Shown here one piece after another: positions 24,722-37,176 of a stretch of DNA of 64,000 nucleotides. The notes beneath the pieces were generated by a model, which searched no databases, was not told the DNA's origin, and saw only the letters and a list, made by a program, of their open reading frames with translations. Every line of letters starts with the position of its first letter. Within the stretch, counting starts at the first letter, position 1. The translations under genes and the position numbers were made by a program. Source of the DNA: Vitrella brassicaformis CCMP3155 (lineage: Eukaryota > Protista > Chromerida); the NCBI GenBank assembly GCA_001179505.1, contig CDMY01000362.1, positions 1 through 64,000 on the forward strand. The letters are read 5' to 3'.

Positions 24722-24811
24722 GTGTCGTGGCCAGCCATTTCATGCATGTCGTGTGTTTAGCTGAGAGACTTGTTTGTTGCTCAGGGGTGGACTACCGGAT
24801 GGGTGCGTGTG
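24722..24811 (+). repeat. ~90 bp direct repeat, copy 2
   Basis: Matches 20753-20842. Confidence 0.9.
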
Positions 24812-25779
24812 GTGGTGGTGTATATATTGTTGCGGTTTGGTTTGACCTGTCAACCGTTTGTAACCAGTCGTATTCAAGGGAGTCCTTCATCGTCCCCTCC
24901 CGCCCAACGATATGCACACACACAAGAAACACTCATGGGATTGTACGCAGACAGACAGACAGACAGAGAGGCAATTGTAGAGTAGACACGTGAGCACCTG
25001 CTACCCTACCTATACACACCCACCCACCCCACCCACCCACCCACGAGCACCAGCCCAGGCAATGCGATGGATCAGATCACTCGACACACAGAGAAGAGAA
25101 AGAACCAACGGGCGGAGGGGCAACGGACGTTTGTTTTTTGGGAGGCAGGAGACAGACACCGTATGCAGGTCTCGACAGCCCTCTCACCGACGTACCGCAC
25201 CCTCCGATACACTACACACACTCACAGATACATACCCACACACAAGCACACAAGTGATGGATGCTATTTATTGTCTCAATTCATGTACTCACCCCCACTA
25301 ACCCCCCGAGCGCCCACGCATTTCCAGTTCGTTCGTTTCATGCCCCCCTCCACCGCACCGCACCGCACAAACAAAACAAACAGGCGTGTGGTGTGAATGG
25401 CAATGCAATCTCGCAAGCAAAACAACCGACGCAAAAACGATACCTCGAGTACGATAAATCTATCTAGATAAGGTAACGTAACACATGAAGCTACAGACAG
25501 ATGGGGACGGTGGGCCGTGTCTACACAGGTGAGGGAAGCTGCTGCAAACGTCTCGGTGTGCGCCGGTGGGTCAGTCAGTCAACCGGCCGGCCGGCCAGCC
25601 AGCCACACGGAGGGAGCCACGCTCATACAGTCTCACCTTCATCCACCGCATGCTACCGCACCGTCGCACACCGCGGCGTCACACACGTGACTGCGTCAGC
25701 CAACAACTATCAAAAACGTCACAATACATACATCCCGTCAGGTTTCCCTCTCTTCCCCCCCGGTGAGGTGAGTCAGTAT

Positions 25780-27664
25780 CTAGGGTAGGTGTTCCGCTGC
25801 CCCCGCCCCCGACGCCTCCCTCCTGCTGCGTCTCCTCCCCTCCCTCTCCCTCTTCCGCCCACCCGGGCTGCCCTCATCCTCCTCATCCTCAGCTTCTTCC
25901 CCCTCCGTCTTGCTCAGCGTCTGGGCCGTGTCCGCCGGTTCTGGGGCGGGCGGCGGGCCCAGCTCGAACCCCGCACCTTGCGCAGCGAGGTTGGCGCCAG
26001 TGGGGGCCTCTCCACCGGGCGGCGGCGGCAGGGCTGCCATACTTTGGATCGGTGTGAAGGCAGAGGTGGGGAGGTCGCGGATCTGCAGCATGGTGAACTT
26101 CTTGAAGCCGTTCTTGGCCGAGTAGATGTCGATGCGACGAGACCCGAAGCGTAGCAGGCCGAGCCATCCCGTCTGCACGAACTGAGGACATACGGACGGA
26201 CAGAGAGGGGGTGGAGTAAGCGTGTGTGCGTGCAATGCAGCATGTGGTTGGTGGTGTTGTGTTGTGTTGGCTTACTGTGGCTTTGGAGTCGATGGCGACT
26301 TTCTCGACTTTTTTCGTTTTGTCGTGGAAGAGAGCCACTGACTCCTGCAGCCGCCCGTCGGTGCCGTAGTCATCGTCATCGTACCAGTAGCTCTTGAAGT
26401 TCTTGGCCGCATCTGACCACACACGCAGACAGACAAGCCTATGGCGCTCTTTGTCTGTGTGTGTGTGTGTGGGACTGTGCCTGGCTGTGCGTGTCAGTTG
26501 TTGATTGACGTACGCGAGAAGAATCCGTCCCAGTCCAGTGGCCGCACCAGGTTCTTGATTTTGACTTTCTGGCCGCTCTCCTTTTCCCACTCGCCCGTCA
26601 GATCCCACCGGTCAATACCTGCACGCGCACACATGAATCCATCCCTCCACCCATCATGCGCTGTCGTCGACCGACCGGCAGACTGATTGGCTGACCGTAC
26701 GTACCGTATGTGACGCCATGTTTCTTGTAGAGTGATGTGGTGAGCTGTGGCGTCCTGAGGAGCATGCCGCGGCCCTTGCCGTTCAGGTAACCCTCGGCAT
26801 ACTGCATGATCGCTACACCGTCATACATACCACCAAACAGGACAACAAAGGGGTCCGATCATCGATGGGAGTGGAAGGCAAGGCGCCAGGAAGCCCACCC
26901 TGCTTAGCTTACTGGTCATGTTGTCGCGCACATCGATGAGGATCTTGTTGCACACGTTCAACTGACACACACGCACACACCGATCTGTCTCTGTCTGTCT
27001 GTCTGCCAGCCCAACCACGCCACGCCACGCACCGAGAAGGATGTGATTCCGACGACAGCGAACACGGCGCCCAGGATGTACTTGGTGCTGAGGAGCGTGT
27101 CGGTGTGATCGACTCGGATGATGAAGGGCTGATTGTTGACGGGCGAGAGTGTGGCCACGCGGCCCCCCACACCGATTGACGTCTTGGTGAACATCTGCCA
27201 GTAACCGCTGATGTCATACGCTGGCCGCACAACACACCACACACAACAGACAGACAGACAGGAGCAGAGCATGGTCTAAAGGTCAACGAACTGAATTGTC
27301 GTGACCATCTATCTCATCTGCTTACTGCATGCGACGTAAGGGTTGCCCGTCAGAGTGAGGCCGGTGGCCACGTCGACGGCACAGGTGCAGGCAGGCACGC
27401 CGGCCTCGTACATGATGCAGTTGGCATTCACCCCACACATCGTGTTCTCCGCTACCTCCGCTGAACATACTGCACGTACCAATTGTCGACACACAGACAA
27501 GCAGCACGCATCATTGCCCCTCTTGTTGCCCCCCCTTGTGTGTGTCTGCCCTCCTGCTCACTTGGGTAGGTCACCGGCATGCCGAGGGCGACCCCAATGA
27601 TAATGGTCAGCAGGAGGACCACCAGCAGCACGCGGATCTCAAGCGGGATAGAGGACGCCTTCAT
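25780..27664 (-). CDS. Secreted or signal-anchored protein with one EGF-like domain and an unknown C-terminal region
   Basis: Hydrophobic LLVVLLLTIIIGVALG; EGF-like CGVNANCIMYEAGVPACTC...TGNPYVAC; further exons with canonical splice sites; Pro/acidic/basic tail. Confidence 0.7.
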
Positions 27665-27931
27665 GATGTTGCGTATAGTGCGAAACCGTCGAGCGATGGT
27701 CAGGTTCAGCCAGCAGATTCAAAAAATGCAACAACGAAAACTGCCACTCTTTCGCTGAGGGCCCTCCACTTTCTCAGCGCGCCGGTCTCTCTGGCGGCGT
27801 GCGGTCAGTCCCTCATCAGTGTGGATGCCGTCTGTACGCTCCCCTTCACACACAATCCGCCGAAACAGCCTTCTCAAATCTGTACAGTGTACCCTGTTCT
27901 CGACGATCGTTTGCGAGCTCAAAACAATTTC

Positions 27932-30900
27932 ATGGCGCCGCGTGTGGTTTGGTGGCTTCTCCCTGTCCTGCTCGTGTTGTCGAGCGAAAGACAGGTACAG
28001 GAACTCAAAACCCGCATCCTTTATCGCCCAAATGGATGGCATGCACCTCTGTGTGTGCAGCTGTGTAATGGTGACGCATCCATCGCCAGGGGCCACAGCA
28101 CCGGTCCTTTCCCCGCATCTGTACTTCTACTCGACTCCCTCTTCATCGCCCTTCTGGCCAACGAAACGACCCGCCCTCAGTCCCTCCTCCTCCTCGGTGT
28201 TCTCAACACCACGGTCAACTCGCTGGCTGCTCTGCCGGGGGGAGGTGCCCTCACCGATACCGAGATGGCCAGCGAGCTGCTACTGCCGGCGCTCAACGCT
28301 CTGGCCAGGCCCCTTCACGAGAACGGGACCAAAGAACGGGTCGACGACAGCGCTGCTGCACAAGTTTCTGGCCTCCTTGCCATTTCTGATGGTCCGCGGC
28401 AGCAGCGGAATGATGGTAACGATTGTTCTGCCGTCGCCTTGACCGTCTTTGCTGCCATTAATGACACTTATGAGCGGCTCTTGCGTGGGAAAGCTCTCTC
28501 GAATGGAACAGATGACCAGCTGCAAGTTGAGACGGAGAGGGCTGTGCTCGACATGCTTGAAAGAATAGTGACGGCTGTGGCTGAAGCGGGTGCCGGGTCG
28601 GACGATCTTGTGGCGATATCCATCCGTCTTTTGTCGGCGACATTTGGCGATGCTTTTGGCAATCGACCTGCGAAGACTCCATCCATCGATGCTCAGGGCA
28701 CACAGGATTTCCTGGCGGTGCTCCATGTGATATTCAAGGCGAGTCTCTCGCCGATTCTGCAGCATGCAGCCGGCAAAGTTGCTGTGGAGGCACTGTTGGC
28801 GGGCTGGAGAGACTTTCTCGTGTCTCCCACTGTGAGCGAGGCGCACGAGGCGGTTCTCTTTCTATTCTCTCCCCTTATGGATGCCAGTGCTGGAGCGCGC
28901 CTCGACATTTCACGCGCGACGGGCCTCGCGGCGTTTCTCTTGCCATCTGCTCTAAATGATGTGATCGCAGCAATGGAGGAGACACAAGACACTTCCGATG
29001 GCGACCCTACTGCTATCGGTGCCTTCATTGGGCACATTTTTGCGCTGCTCCAGCCATCCTGCTCTTCAGCTGATGAGGGCACAAGCGGTGCCTCGATGGC
29101 CACCACCGCTCTATTCGACAGCCTCGAGGCGCTTCTCGGTGGCCCTTCGACTTACCACCTCAGCTTCCCTCTTGAATCTGCCCTGAACGGCGCCGTCAAC
29201 TGCACAAATTGCACCTACGATCCCTACGCCAGCCTTGCTATCGACCTCCTGGACACATACATGACGCCGAGCAGCACCCAGAAAAGGAAGCTTGGCTCGC
29301 CATCCATCGATGCGACACAGGCCGCCCAACTGCTCGAAGGCATTGTCCTGGCGAACTCCACATCGAAAGTGGCGATTTCCACTCTCGATGGTTTGGTCGA
29401 TGCACTCGGGCCTGTCCTCCTCTCGCAGAACGAGACAGCAGACACGGCTCTCCTCTTAATCAATTCCACGCTAACAACTATTCTGGAATCGGCTGACCCT
29501 CACACGGACTTTTTCGCCATGGCCAGCCTCCTTTTCATCGGGTTTCAAAGCTTGGCATCGATCCTTCATGACCCAGACGCATACGAAAATCTCACTCGGC
29601 GCACAGATCTTCTATTGAGCGAGACGGCCTTCCGGTCCCTTTTCGATGCCGATGAAGTCGACTATGGCGCCTCTACCGACTCTCTACAAAGCTCCCTGCT
29701 CGACCCCGTGGAGGAATTCTTCCAAGATCTTGAATTCTACGGCCTGAAGCTCACGCGGGGCGGAATCTGCCGTCTCTTCTTCTCATTTGGCCTTGGTCTG
29801 GGTGTGCTGGGGTTTTTCTTGCATCGGATCCTGCCCGCATTGGCCAACAATAAACTGCTGCCTCGCCGTGTCGCGGACCACATCGCGCTACACTATCCCT
29901 TCTATGGCATGCGATCCTCAGCATCGGCTGACCAGGGGGTGAGGAGAGGTGCTCTTCTGCAGCGTGTCTCTGTATGGCTGCTACAGCTGCTGCATCTGGG
30001 GGCTGAATCAGACTTGAACGAGGGCAAGTACGTGGTGCCGGTAGGCGCGTGTTGCGCCGACATGTGTCGATCGGTATGTGGCTGTTGCTGCTGCTGCCTG
30101 TGGCCATGTCTGCGGCTGCTGTGGGCTTGCTTGTGCCGGCGCCGCGCTAGTCAAGAGCCTTTCCGCACAAACTATCGTAAGTGTAGAGCGGTTCGCGGCT
30201 GTACTTTGGAATCCAATGGGTGTCTTATGACCAGGCTACGTATTTGTGGATCTCTGCGGCACAAGAACAAAGAGCCGATGGACCAGCATACTGCTCCTTA
30301 TCGTGAGTGTCATGTAGAGGCGATTGCAGGAAAGCAGAAAAGAGCCGCCTGTGAATCCCTTGTGCGATGTCGTGCAGATCTTTCTGTGGTCATTGTTCGA
30401 GTCATGGACTGACTTCTCGGGGGGGCTCGCCCTTGAAGGGACTCTCGGAAAGCGGATCGCGCGCGGCATCGACGAGTCTTTTCACCAAACAGTGGGCTTC
30501 CTGCTCGTTATCCTCTTGTCGGCCGTGCTCTCGACGTGCCTGGGAATGAACATTTCCAACAACATATATGTTCCCCGGCTTCATCCAAGGAGACTTGTCG
30601 ACATATGTTCTCCGAGAGCCGTCGGCAGAGGAGTACCCCATCCACCAAGTCATGCTGGCGGGCGTCGAGCTGCTTCTCGGGGGCGCCTATTTCATGCTGG
30701 TCTCTCTCATGGGCCTTACCAATCCATTTGGTGCGTGGTTCTTCTGCAATGTCGAGATGGCGTGTCAGACGTACGCAAGGCAGCGCATCAAAGGAGTCCC
30801 CACAGGGCAGTCGAGAACTCCCCCGCCGGCCCCGCCGATCCCCTTGTACTTCCCGACGTATTTTCTGCTGGTGATTGCCTTCTCTCTTTCTTGGATGGTG

Positions 30901-32547
30901 CGGACGGCCATCCATCAAGTCATCCTACTCAGCTGGAAGTATCTGCTGGTGACGGACTTGTTGAAGGACGTCGATATGGGAAACACAGAGAAAGCAATGG
31001 GACTGGCCAAGTTTCGTAAGCTTCACTGGCAAGATGCTGTGTCTCCATTGGGTTAATGTCCTTTGGCCTGACATCCGCAGTATTCGGGGGCCTGTACCCA
31101 CACGCGGAGGCGGTCTTCCCTCTCGACAGCACAGCAGCGGCGGCCCTACTGTCCGCCCCGGGCCTGATCGAGAAATTGACCCTCTTTGTGGAGGTATGTC
31201 CAGACATGTCCGGCTCATATGCCTTCATCCATACGTCTCGTGTGCATTCATCAGTTCATGACCGTCATGCTATTCATCAGCATCCTTGCCGGCATCGTCG
31301 CCTCCAGCCTCCTGCTGCAGCGCATCCTGCAGGGATACAGAAGAACGACGCTGCGGCTCATTCGGAGCTCGCCATCAGGACTGGGGAAATGCAGAAGATT
31401 CATCATCAAAGGGAGAGAGAGAAGATGAAAGAACACGGCGGGGCGGTGGAGACGACAACACGACAGGAGGTGAAGGTGGTCCACAACCTTTTGGTTGCGA
31501 CCAAGCTCCTCGGCATCACTTTCGCCCTCGTGACGATATCATTCTACCTCTGCGAGTTCGTCCTGGCCCTCCTGTCTCTGGCCGCAATCACCGTCTACTT
31601 CGCCCGCGAGATCGTGTGGGCTGCAGTTGTCGCGTATCGCAACTTCATCTTTGCTCTCGCAACGCTCTATTTCATCCAACTGGTCCTCATCGTGTCCCTG
31701 TTCAAGAGGGTGGTTGGCCCCAGTGGCCATGTGTCCCGGCCGGCATGGTTCCACGCCTTCTTCGACCTGATGGTCTTGGTCAATCTCCCTTATGGTTTGG
31801 TGCTTGGGGTGACCCGGGTGCTGATCGTGGCTGCGTCGGGGGTTATCCATTGCTTCACAATCGACCGAACACCCATCACGATTGCCGCCCTCGATGGTGA
31901 GTGAGCACACTGACGCAGCAATTATTCTCTGTCGTGCGTAGCTGGAGGGATGGTGCGTGTGTGTGTGTGTGCGGGCAGCTGCACACGGGGCCTTCCTGAG
32001 TGCCTGCTGGCTGTGCCACCACGAGTTCAACACCTTGTACCGTGCCGCCCTCACATGCATCAACAAAACAGTCCACAACGTCACCATGACCGTCCCCCCG
32101 CCGTCCCCATCCACCCTCAGGCGTGTCCGCAACCGGCTGTGGCTGGCCGTCACCCTGCACAACAACCCATCCCTCATCGACATGCGGCACCGTCCTGCAG
32201 ACGAGACACAAGCGCCTGATGGGGCAGCCAGAGCTGCTGTGATGGCCAAGTGTCTGTGGTGCCTGCGCAAGGGGCAGCCGGCAACTGAGGAAGGTGGTGA
32301 GGAGGGGCTGGCAGATCACGAGAGAAGGACGACGGCGTATGTGTTCTCGGGGGGGACAGATGGGGATGACGGCAGGAAACAAAAGGGATGTGACAAGGAG
32401 AGGATACCGGAGGAGAGGGAGGTGAATGCTATGCCAGCTGCAGAGGTGTCAGGGGAGGTGTTTATTGATGCAGACATGTCGCTGCGAAATGACGAATTGG
32501 ACGAAGGAATGGTTAATAGGCCAACGTCGACAGTAACATCTCTTTGA
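27932..32547 (+). CDS. STRA6/RBP-receptor-like multi-pass membrane protein with a large N-terminal ectodomain; two apparent frameshifts
   Basis: Signal-like start, ~2.2 kb exon, many TM segments. C-terminal NLPYGLVLGVTRVLI...IDRTP...LDG, HHEFN and RVRNRLWLAVTLHNNPSL..MR resemble the STRA6 C-terminus (RW.LAYTLL.NP.L..FRK). Confidence 0.65.
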
Positions 32548-32777
32548 TAGGGGGAAAAGACGCGCATTGATTGCATTTGTGTTATGTGACAAATCGACCG
32601 ACTGACTGACATGGTTAAACAAATTGTTCTGTCTCTCGTCTGTGTGCATTGACTGACGTGAACCACACGCCTCCCACACACTAAGTGGAGGCGTTGCACG
32701 GTCAAAAAGAAGTGTCCACCCATCCGCCGGCCACCACATACACCCGCATACAAACACAAACACTTCCCCCTCCCTCC

Positions 32778-35700
32778 CTATCCCTTGATAACGGCCAGCG
32801 GTCTCAGGCGTACGGTCTTCTTGGATATGCCCGCCTCATGGCACGTAGCAACGACACTCTCCACGTCCTTGTACGCAACGTCGGCCTCCTCGGCCGCCAG
32901 GCGGGGCTGAGCGATCCGCACCTCTATGCCGCTTGACCTGTGAGCAGGCAGGTAGGCACACCAACACACACGCACATGTGACCCGTGTGTGTGGGGGGCA
33001 TGCTGCACACGTGCCTGAGGCGGTTGAGCACACAGTTGGAGTCGTTCTCTCGCAACGCCTGGGAGCGGCTCAACGCACGACCTGTCCACACACACAGAGG
33101 TTCGTGTGGCTCACACAACTTGGGTTTGAGGCATCGCTCCCTGTGTCCCTGGCTGCCTGGGTACCTGCGCCATGGCAGGTGGATCCGAATGTCTCCTCCA
33201 TGGCCTTGTGGGTGCCCGTGAGGACATAGCTGCAGGTGCCCATCGAACCACCAATCAACACAGGCTGGCCGACCCCACGGTACCTGCATGGCATTCATAC
33301 AATACGCACACATACGAAAGACATAACCAATCGTTCGTCGAGCGTCCGTGTCACTTTTCGGGTATTTCTGGGTGGCCAGGGGGGAACGCACGTGTGGCTG
33401 CACAGCACGGCACAACCGAAATGACGGACCGCAGAATGTATGTATGTTTGCTGGTGTTATAATTGGTCCTCACCTCCCTTCCGGTGTACGAGGAGTATCC
33501 GCGTCGGGCCGCCCTCCTCAGCGGGTCGGTGCTCCTCAACCTTGGCGATGTTGTGGGCCACGTCATACACAACATACAAACCCAACTCACGCGCATCGCC
33601 GTCAAACACATCCGTCACGGCCTTGCGCGCCGAGTGAGCCATCAGGGTCCGGTTCACGAAGGCGTAGTTGGCGGCAGCTGGGGAACGAAGGGAGATGGAA
33701 AATGTGAGTGGGTGGTGGGTGAGGGTGCTGGTACGGTGTACCTGCCATTGCCTGGAGGTAGTTCTGTCCCTCAGGTGATTTGATGCGGACGGCGGATAGC
33801 TGCCGGTCAGGCACCTTGACGCCGCTCGACTCCATCACCTGTACGCACACAGTCGCACGTGTGTGTCAGATACACGCCAGACTCTGCTCTGCGTGTGTGT
33901 GAGGCCTGTGTGCGCAGGTACCTGTAGGGCGTCAGTGCAGACCTGGTGTCCGAGTCCCCGTGAGCCCGAGTGGATCATGATGCACACGTTGCCCTTCTCC
34001 AGACCCATTGCCGATGCCGCAGCCTCGTCGAACACCTCGTCCACCACCTGCACACAGCCATGCAGCCATTCATCATTGACCATACACCATGACGAGCCGC
34101 ACGCCGTGTGATTGTCGGTCGGTGCACCTGGACTTCGATGTAGTGGTTGCCGCTGCCGAGCGTCCCCATCTGGGGCATACCGCGCTTGCGCGCACGGCTG
34201 CTCACCTACACACACGCAGAGAGACAGAGAGACAGAGAGAGAGGGAGAGAGAGAGAGACTCTGCTGCTGGTTGTGGTTGGGTCGATCGGATACTTACCTT
34301 GTTGGGGTCTGCGTCTTTGAAGCATCCCTGTTCTTCGCAGCACTCGAGGTCCTCCAGCCAGCAGTAGCCGCTCTCCAAACACCAACGCATACCACTCTGG
34401 TAGACGGACAACAATGGTGACAGCAGTGTCGCACAAAATGGGATGGATGTACGTATGGTCCCGTGCCCTGTTCGCTGCGCACCTTGAGCGCGTTCTTGAG
34501 GTCGGCTTCCGTCGCAATGTAGGCGCCACTTGACCCCACCTGTGTGTGGGCATATACGGGTGCACGGTTGCGTGTCTGTCTGTCCGCCATATGCTGTGTA
34601 TCATAGTACCCCAGTGGGGATGGCGTCATAGAGGGCGGTGGCGAGTTTGCGCAGACGCTTGGGGTCGCCGTTGTGATACAAATCACCCTCCTGCCATCGC
34701 ACAACACAACACACCACCCAAACACAGCACACGCGTTGCTTGGCCGACAGCCAGAAATGTCTCGTGAGGACAGGCAGACCTTGAGGTTGCTTCTGAGAAG
34801 CCGCACACCACAGTTGATGTCGAAACCTACCTGCAGAGACATACACACCGTACCGTCAGAACGTCTCGTGTCACGCGCGTGTTTGCGTGTCCATGTGTGG
34901 TGTGCAGTGGGTGGCTGGGCTGCGTACCCCTCCAGGCGAGACGACTGCGTTTGGGTCAGTCGTGTCCATGGCCGCCACGCACCCCACAGCAAAGCCATAC
35001 CCGCTGTGGATATCGGGCTGCACACACACTCACACACACACACACACACATGGCTGTCTGTGCATCGATATGCCTGCGGTGCATGTGCATACCTACCATG
35101 CCCAGTGATGACCCGACAATGCCTGTAAGACATCAGTAAAGATGGCCGGTCCGTTTGGATGTGAAGGTGCGGTGCGTGCCGGGTGGTGGGCTGACCGGGA
35201 AGGCATGCGACGTTCGCGACCTGCTTGAGGGCGGGAAGGAAGCTGCCACTCGACTCTACACAGATCGACGGATGGACGGATGGGTGGACGACACGGTGTG
35301 TGCGCGTCAGTGAGTGTGTTGGCGTATGCATGTGGCTGCGTACTGAGCTCTGCAATGATCTGCACGGCCAGGTGTTGGTCCGCGTAGATGAGACCTTCAA
35401 CGTTCATCTCAAACCCGCCCTTGGGCTTCACGAAACACTTGCCTACACACACACAGAAAGGCGCATGAGTGAGTAAACCGATCAACCATTCGTTGATTGA
35501 CACACAACACAAACAGGGTCTCGTCACGCACAACACGAACACCCACACCGACTGCATGAAGTCCAGGCCCCACAACACGGCCACGTGCAGTCACGAGCAG
35601 GCAATCAGTGACTGACCAATGCGCCACTTGTATGGTCCAACTGGCGTGATGTCCTCAGGCAGGTGCTTGAGGCCAGCACCCACCAGCACGAACGACACCA

Positions 35701-36010
35701 TCTCGCCAAACTCGCCCTCATACGCCACACCAGCCTCTTGCTCGCCCTTGCTCTGCTGCTCTGCTCTTTCCTGCACCCTCTCCCTGCGCCGCCGCTCCTG
35801 CTTCTCCTTCTTCCTGGCCTTCTTGCCCTTCGGCTGGCCCCCAGACGCTGACGCTGCTGCTGCCGCCGGTCCTGCCACTTCTTCATCATCATGCCCGCCC
35901 GTCTCCTGATGCTCCTCTTCCATCTCGTTCTCATCCTCGTGCTCATGCTCTCCCTCATCGGACGGCTCCCTCTCCTCCGCCGCCAGTGCCTCGAACGGAT
36001 TGGTGCTCAT
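32778..36010 (-). CDS. RTCB: RNA-splicing ligase RtcB (eukaryotic/archaeal type) with a charged N-terminal extension, ~14 exons
   Basis: [91 protein letters not shown]...LRPLAVIKG. Confidence 0.97.
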
Positions 36011-36032
36011 GCTTGTGGTGGACGTGGGTAGA

Positions 36033-36686
36033 TCAGCGGATCCTGACGAGTGCCGAGCGGACGACTCTGACGAGGGGATCAAAGACAGTGGGGCTGTACT
36101 GGGTGCGCTTGTGGTGGACGTAGTCGAGTAGGATGTCTATCCACTCCTTGCGACGCTCTGTGGTCAGGGTGAACCAAGTGGCAGCTGAGAAGGCCGCCAG
36201 AGGCAAGGCAGTGTTGAACGCCGTGCCAATCCGCTTCGATTGGACTGGGTTGGTCAGCCCTGCAGCAGGATCCATGTCGTCTGGTCGTGGCCTCTGTTCT
36301 GTCCACCAGCAGCAGCGGTTTCAGGGAGCACCCTAGGTGGCCTGACGGCCAAGTCCCCTGTGGGTCTGTCCAACATGAAACAGGCACCCTAATATGCAAC
36401 CCGGACACGAAACACGCAGCACGCAGAGGGCAGATGCAGCAGACAGGAGGATATGCAATGCGCTGCGAACGACGGCCACATACAAGCAGGCACACAGCGT
36501 CGCACACACGGCACCCCAGCAGCAGCTTGAAGGCGGCGTGCGTGCGTGCGTCAGGCACCATGACTCCATACGTAGATACCGCCCATCCCCAGGTGGCCAG
36601 CGACTTGCGAGCTTAGCTTTTTGGGAGAATGGCTTTGTTGTACGCCGTGAGAAACCAATCAGTAGGCTATAGCCGAGGTTATCCAT
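36033..36686 (-). CDS. Small single-pass membrane protein of unknown function (exon structure uncertain)
   Basis: ORF 36033..36275 ...TAFNTALPLAAFSAATWFTLTTERRKEWIDILLDYVHHKRTQY looks protein-like with one hydrophobic span; a possible first exon lies at 36590-36686. Confidence 0.45.
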
Positions 36687-37176
36687 CTGCGGGCCGACAC
36701 ATCATTTACTCGAAAAAGCCCTTCAAATGATCAAGGTAATTTGGCACACAGAATTTGATCAGTCAGCAACACACGCACACACACCGAGGCTATAGCAGCA
36801 GCAAGCACACGCAATGAGTTCCAAGACCGTCAAACCATCCGTCCGCCAGCCAGGCGCCACCGTCTCTCTATTCACGTGCAGGCAGCAGGTGAGCCACCAC
36901 CACCACATTCATTCGTTCACGTGACGCCTCAGTGGATGCCTCAGTGAACACATGAGCGTGATAGCTCCCCGTCTGCCCACCATCCATCCATCCATGCATC
37001 CATCCATCCCCCGCCCCGCCCCATGTGTCGAGCCGTCCATGCAGACATGCAGTATCTACCACATACATACCAGTGCCGCGCGACAGGGAAGCACTCGAGT
37101 GGGTCAGGCACCGACACCCATCCATCCACACATCAAAATCCCCCCACCCTGCCACCCAAATCTGTCTGTCCGCATC

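Noticed and set aside
35700-36010. RTCB N-terminal extension as a possible archease fusion
   Set aside because: The sequence is acidic/basic low complexity with no archease HTAD-like motif
32778-36010. RTCB as a bacterial horizontal transfer or RNA-repair operon
   Set aside because: It has ~13 spliceosomal introns and eukaryotic-type N-terminal motifs; an ordinary nuclear gene
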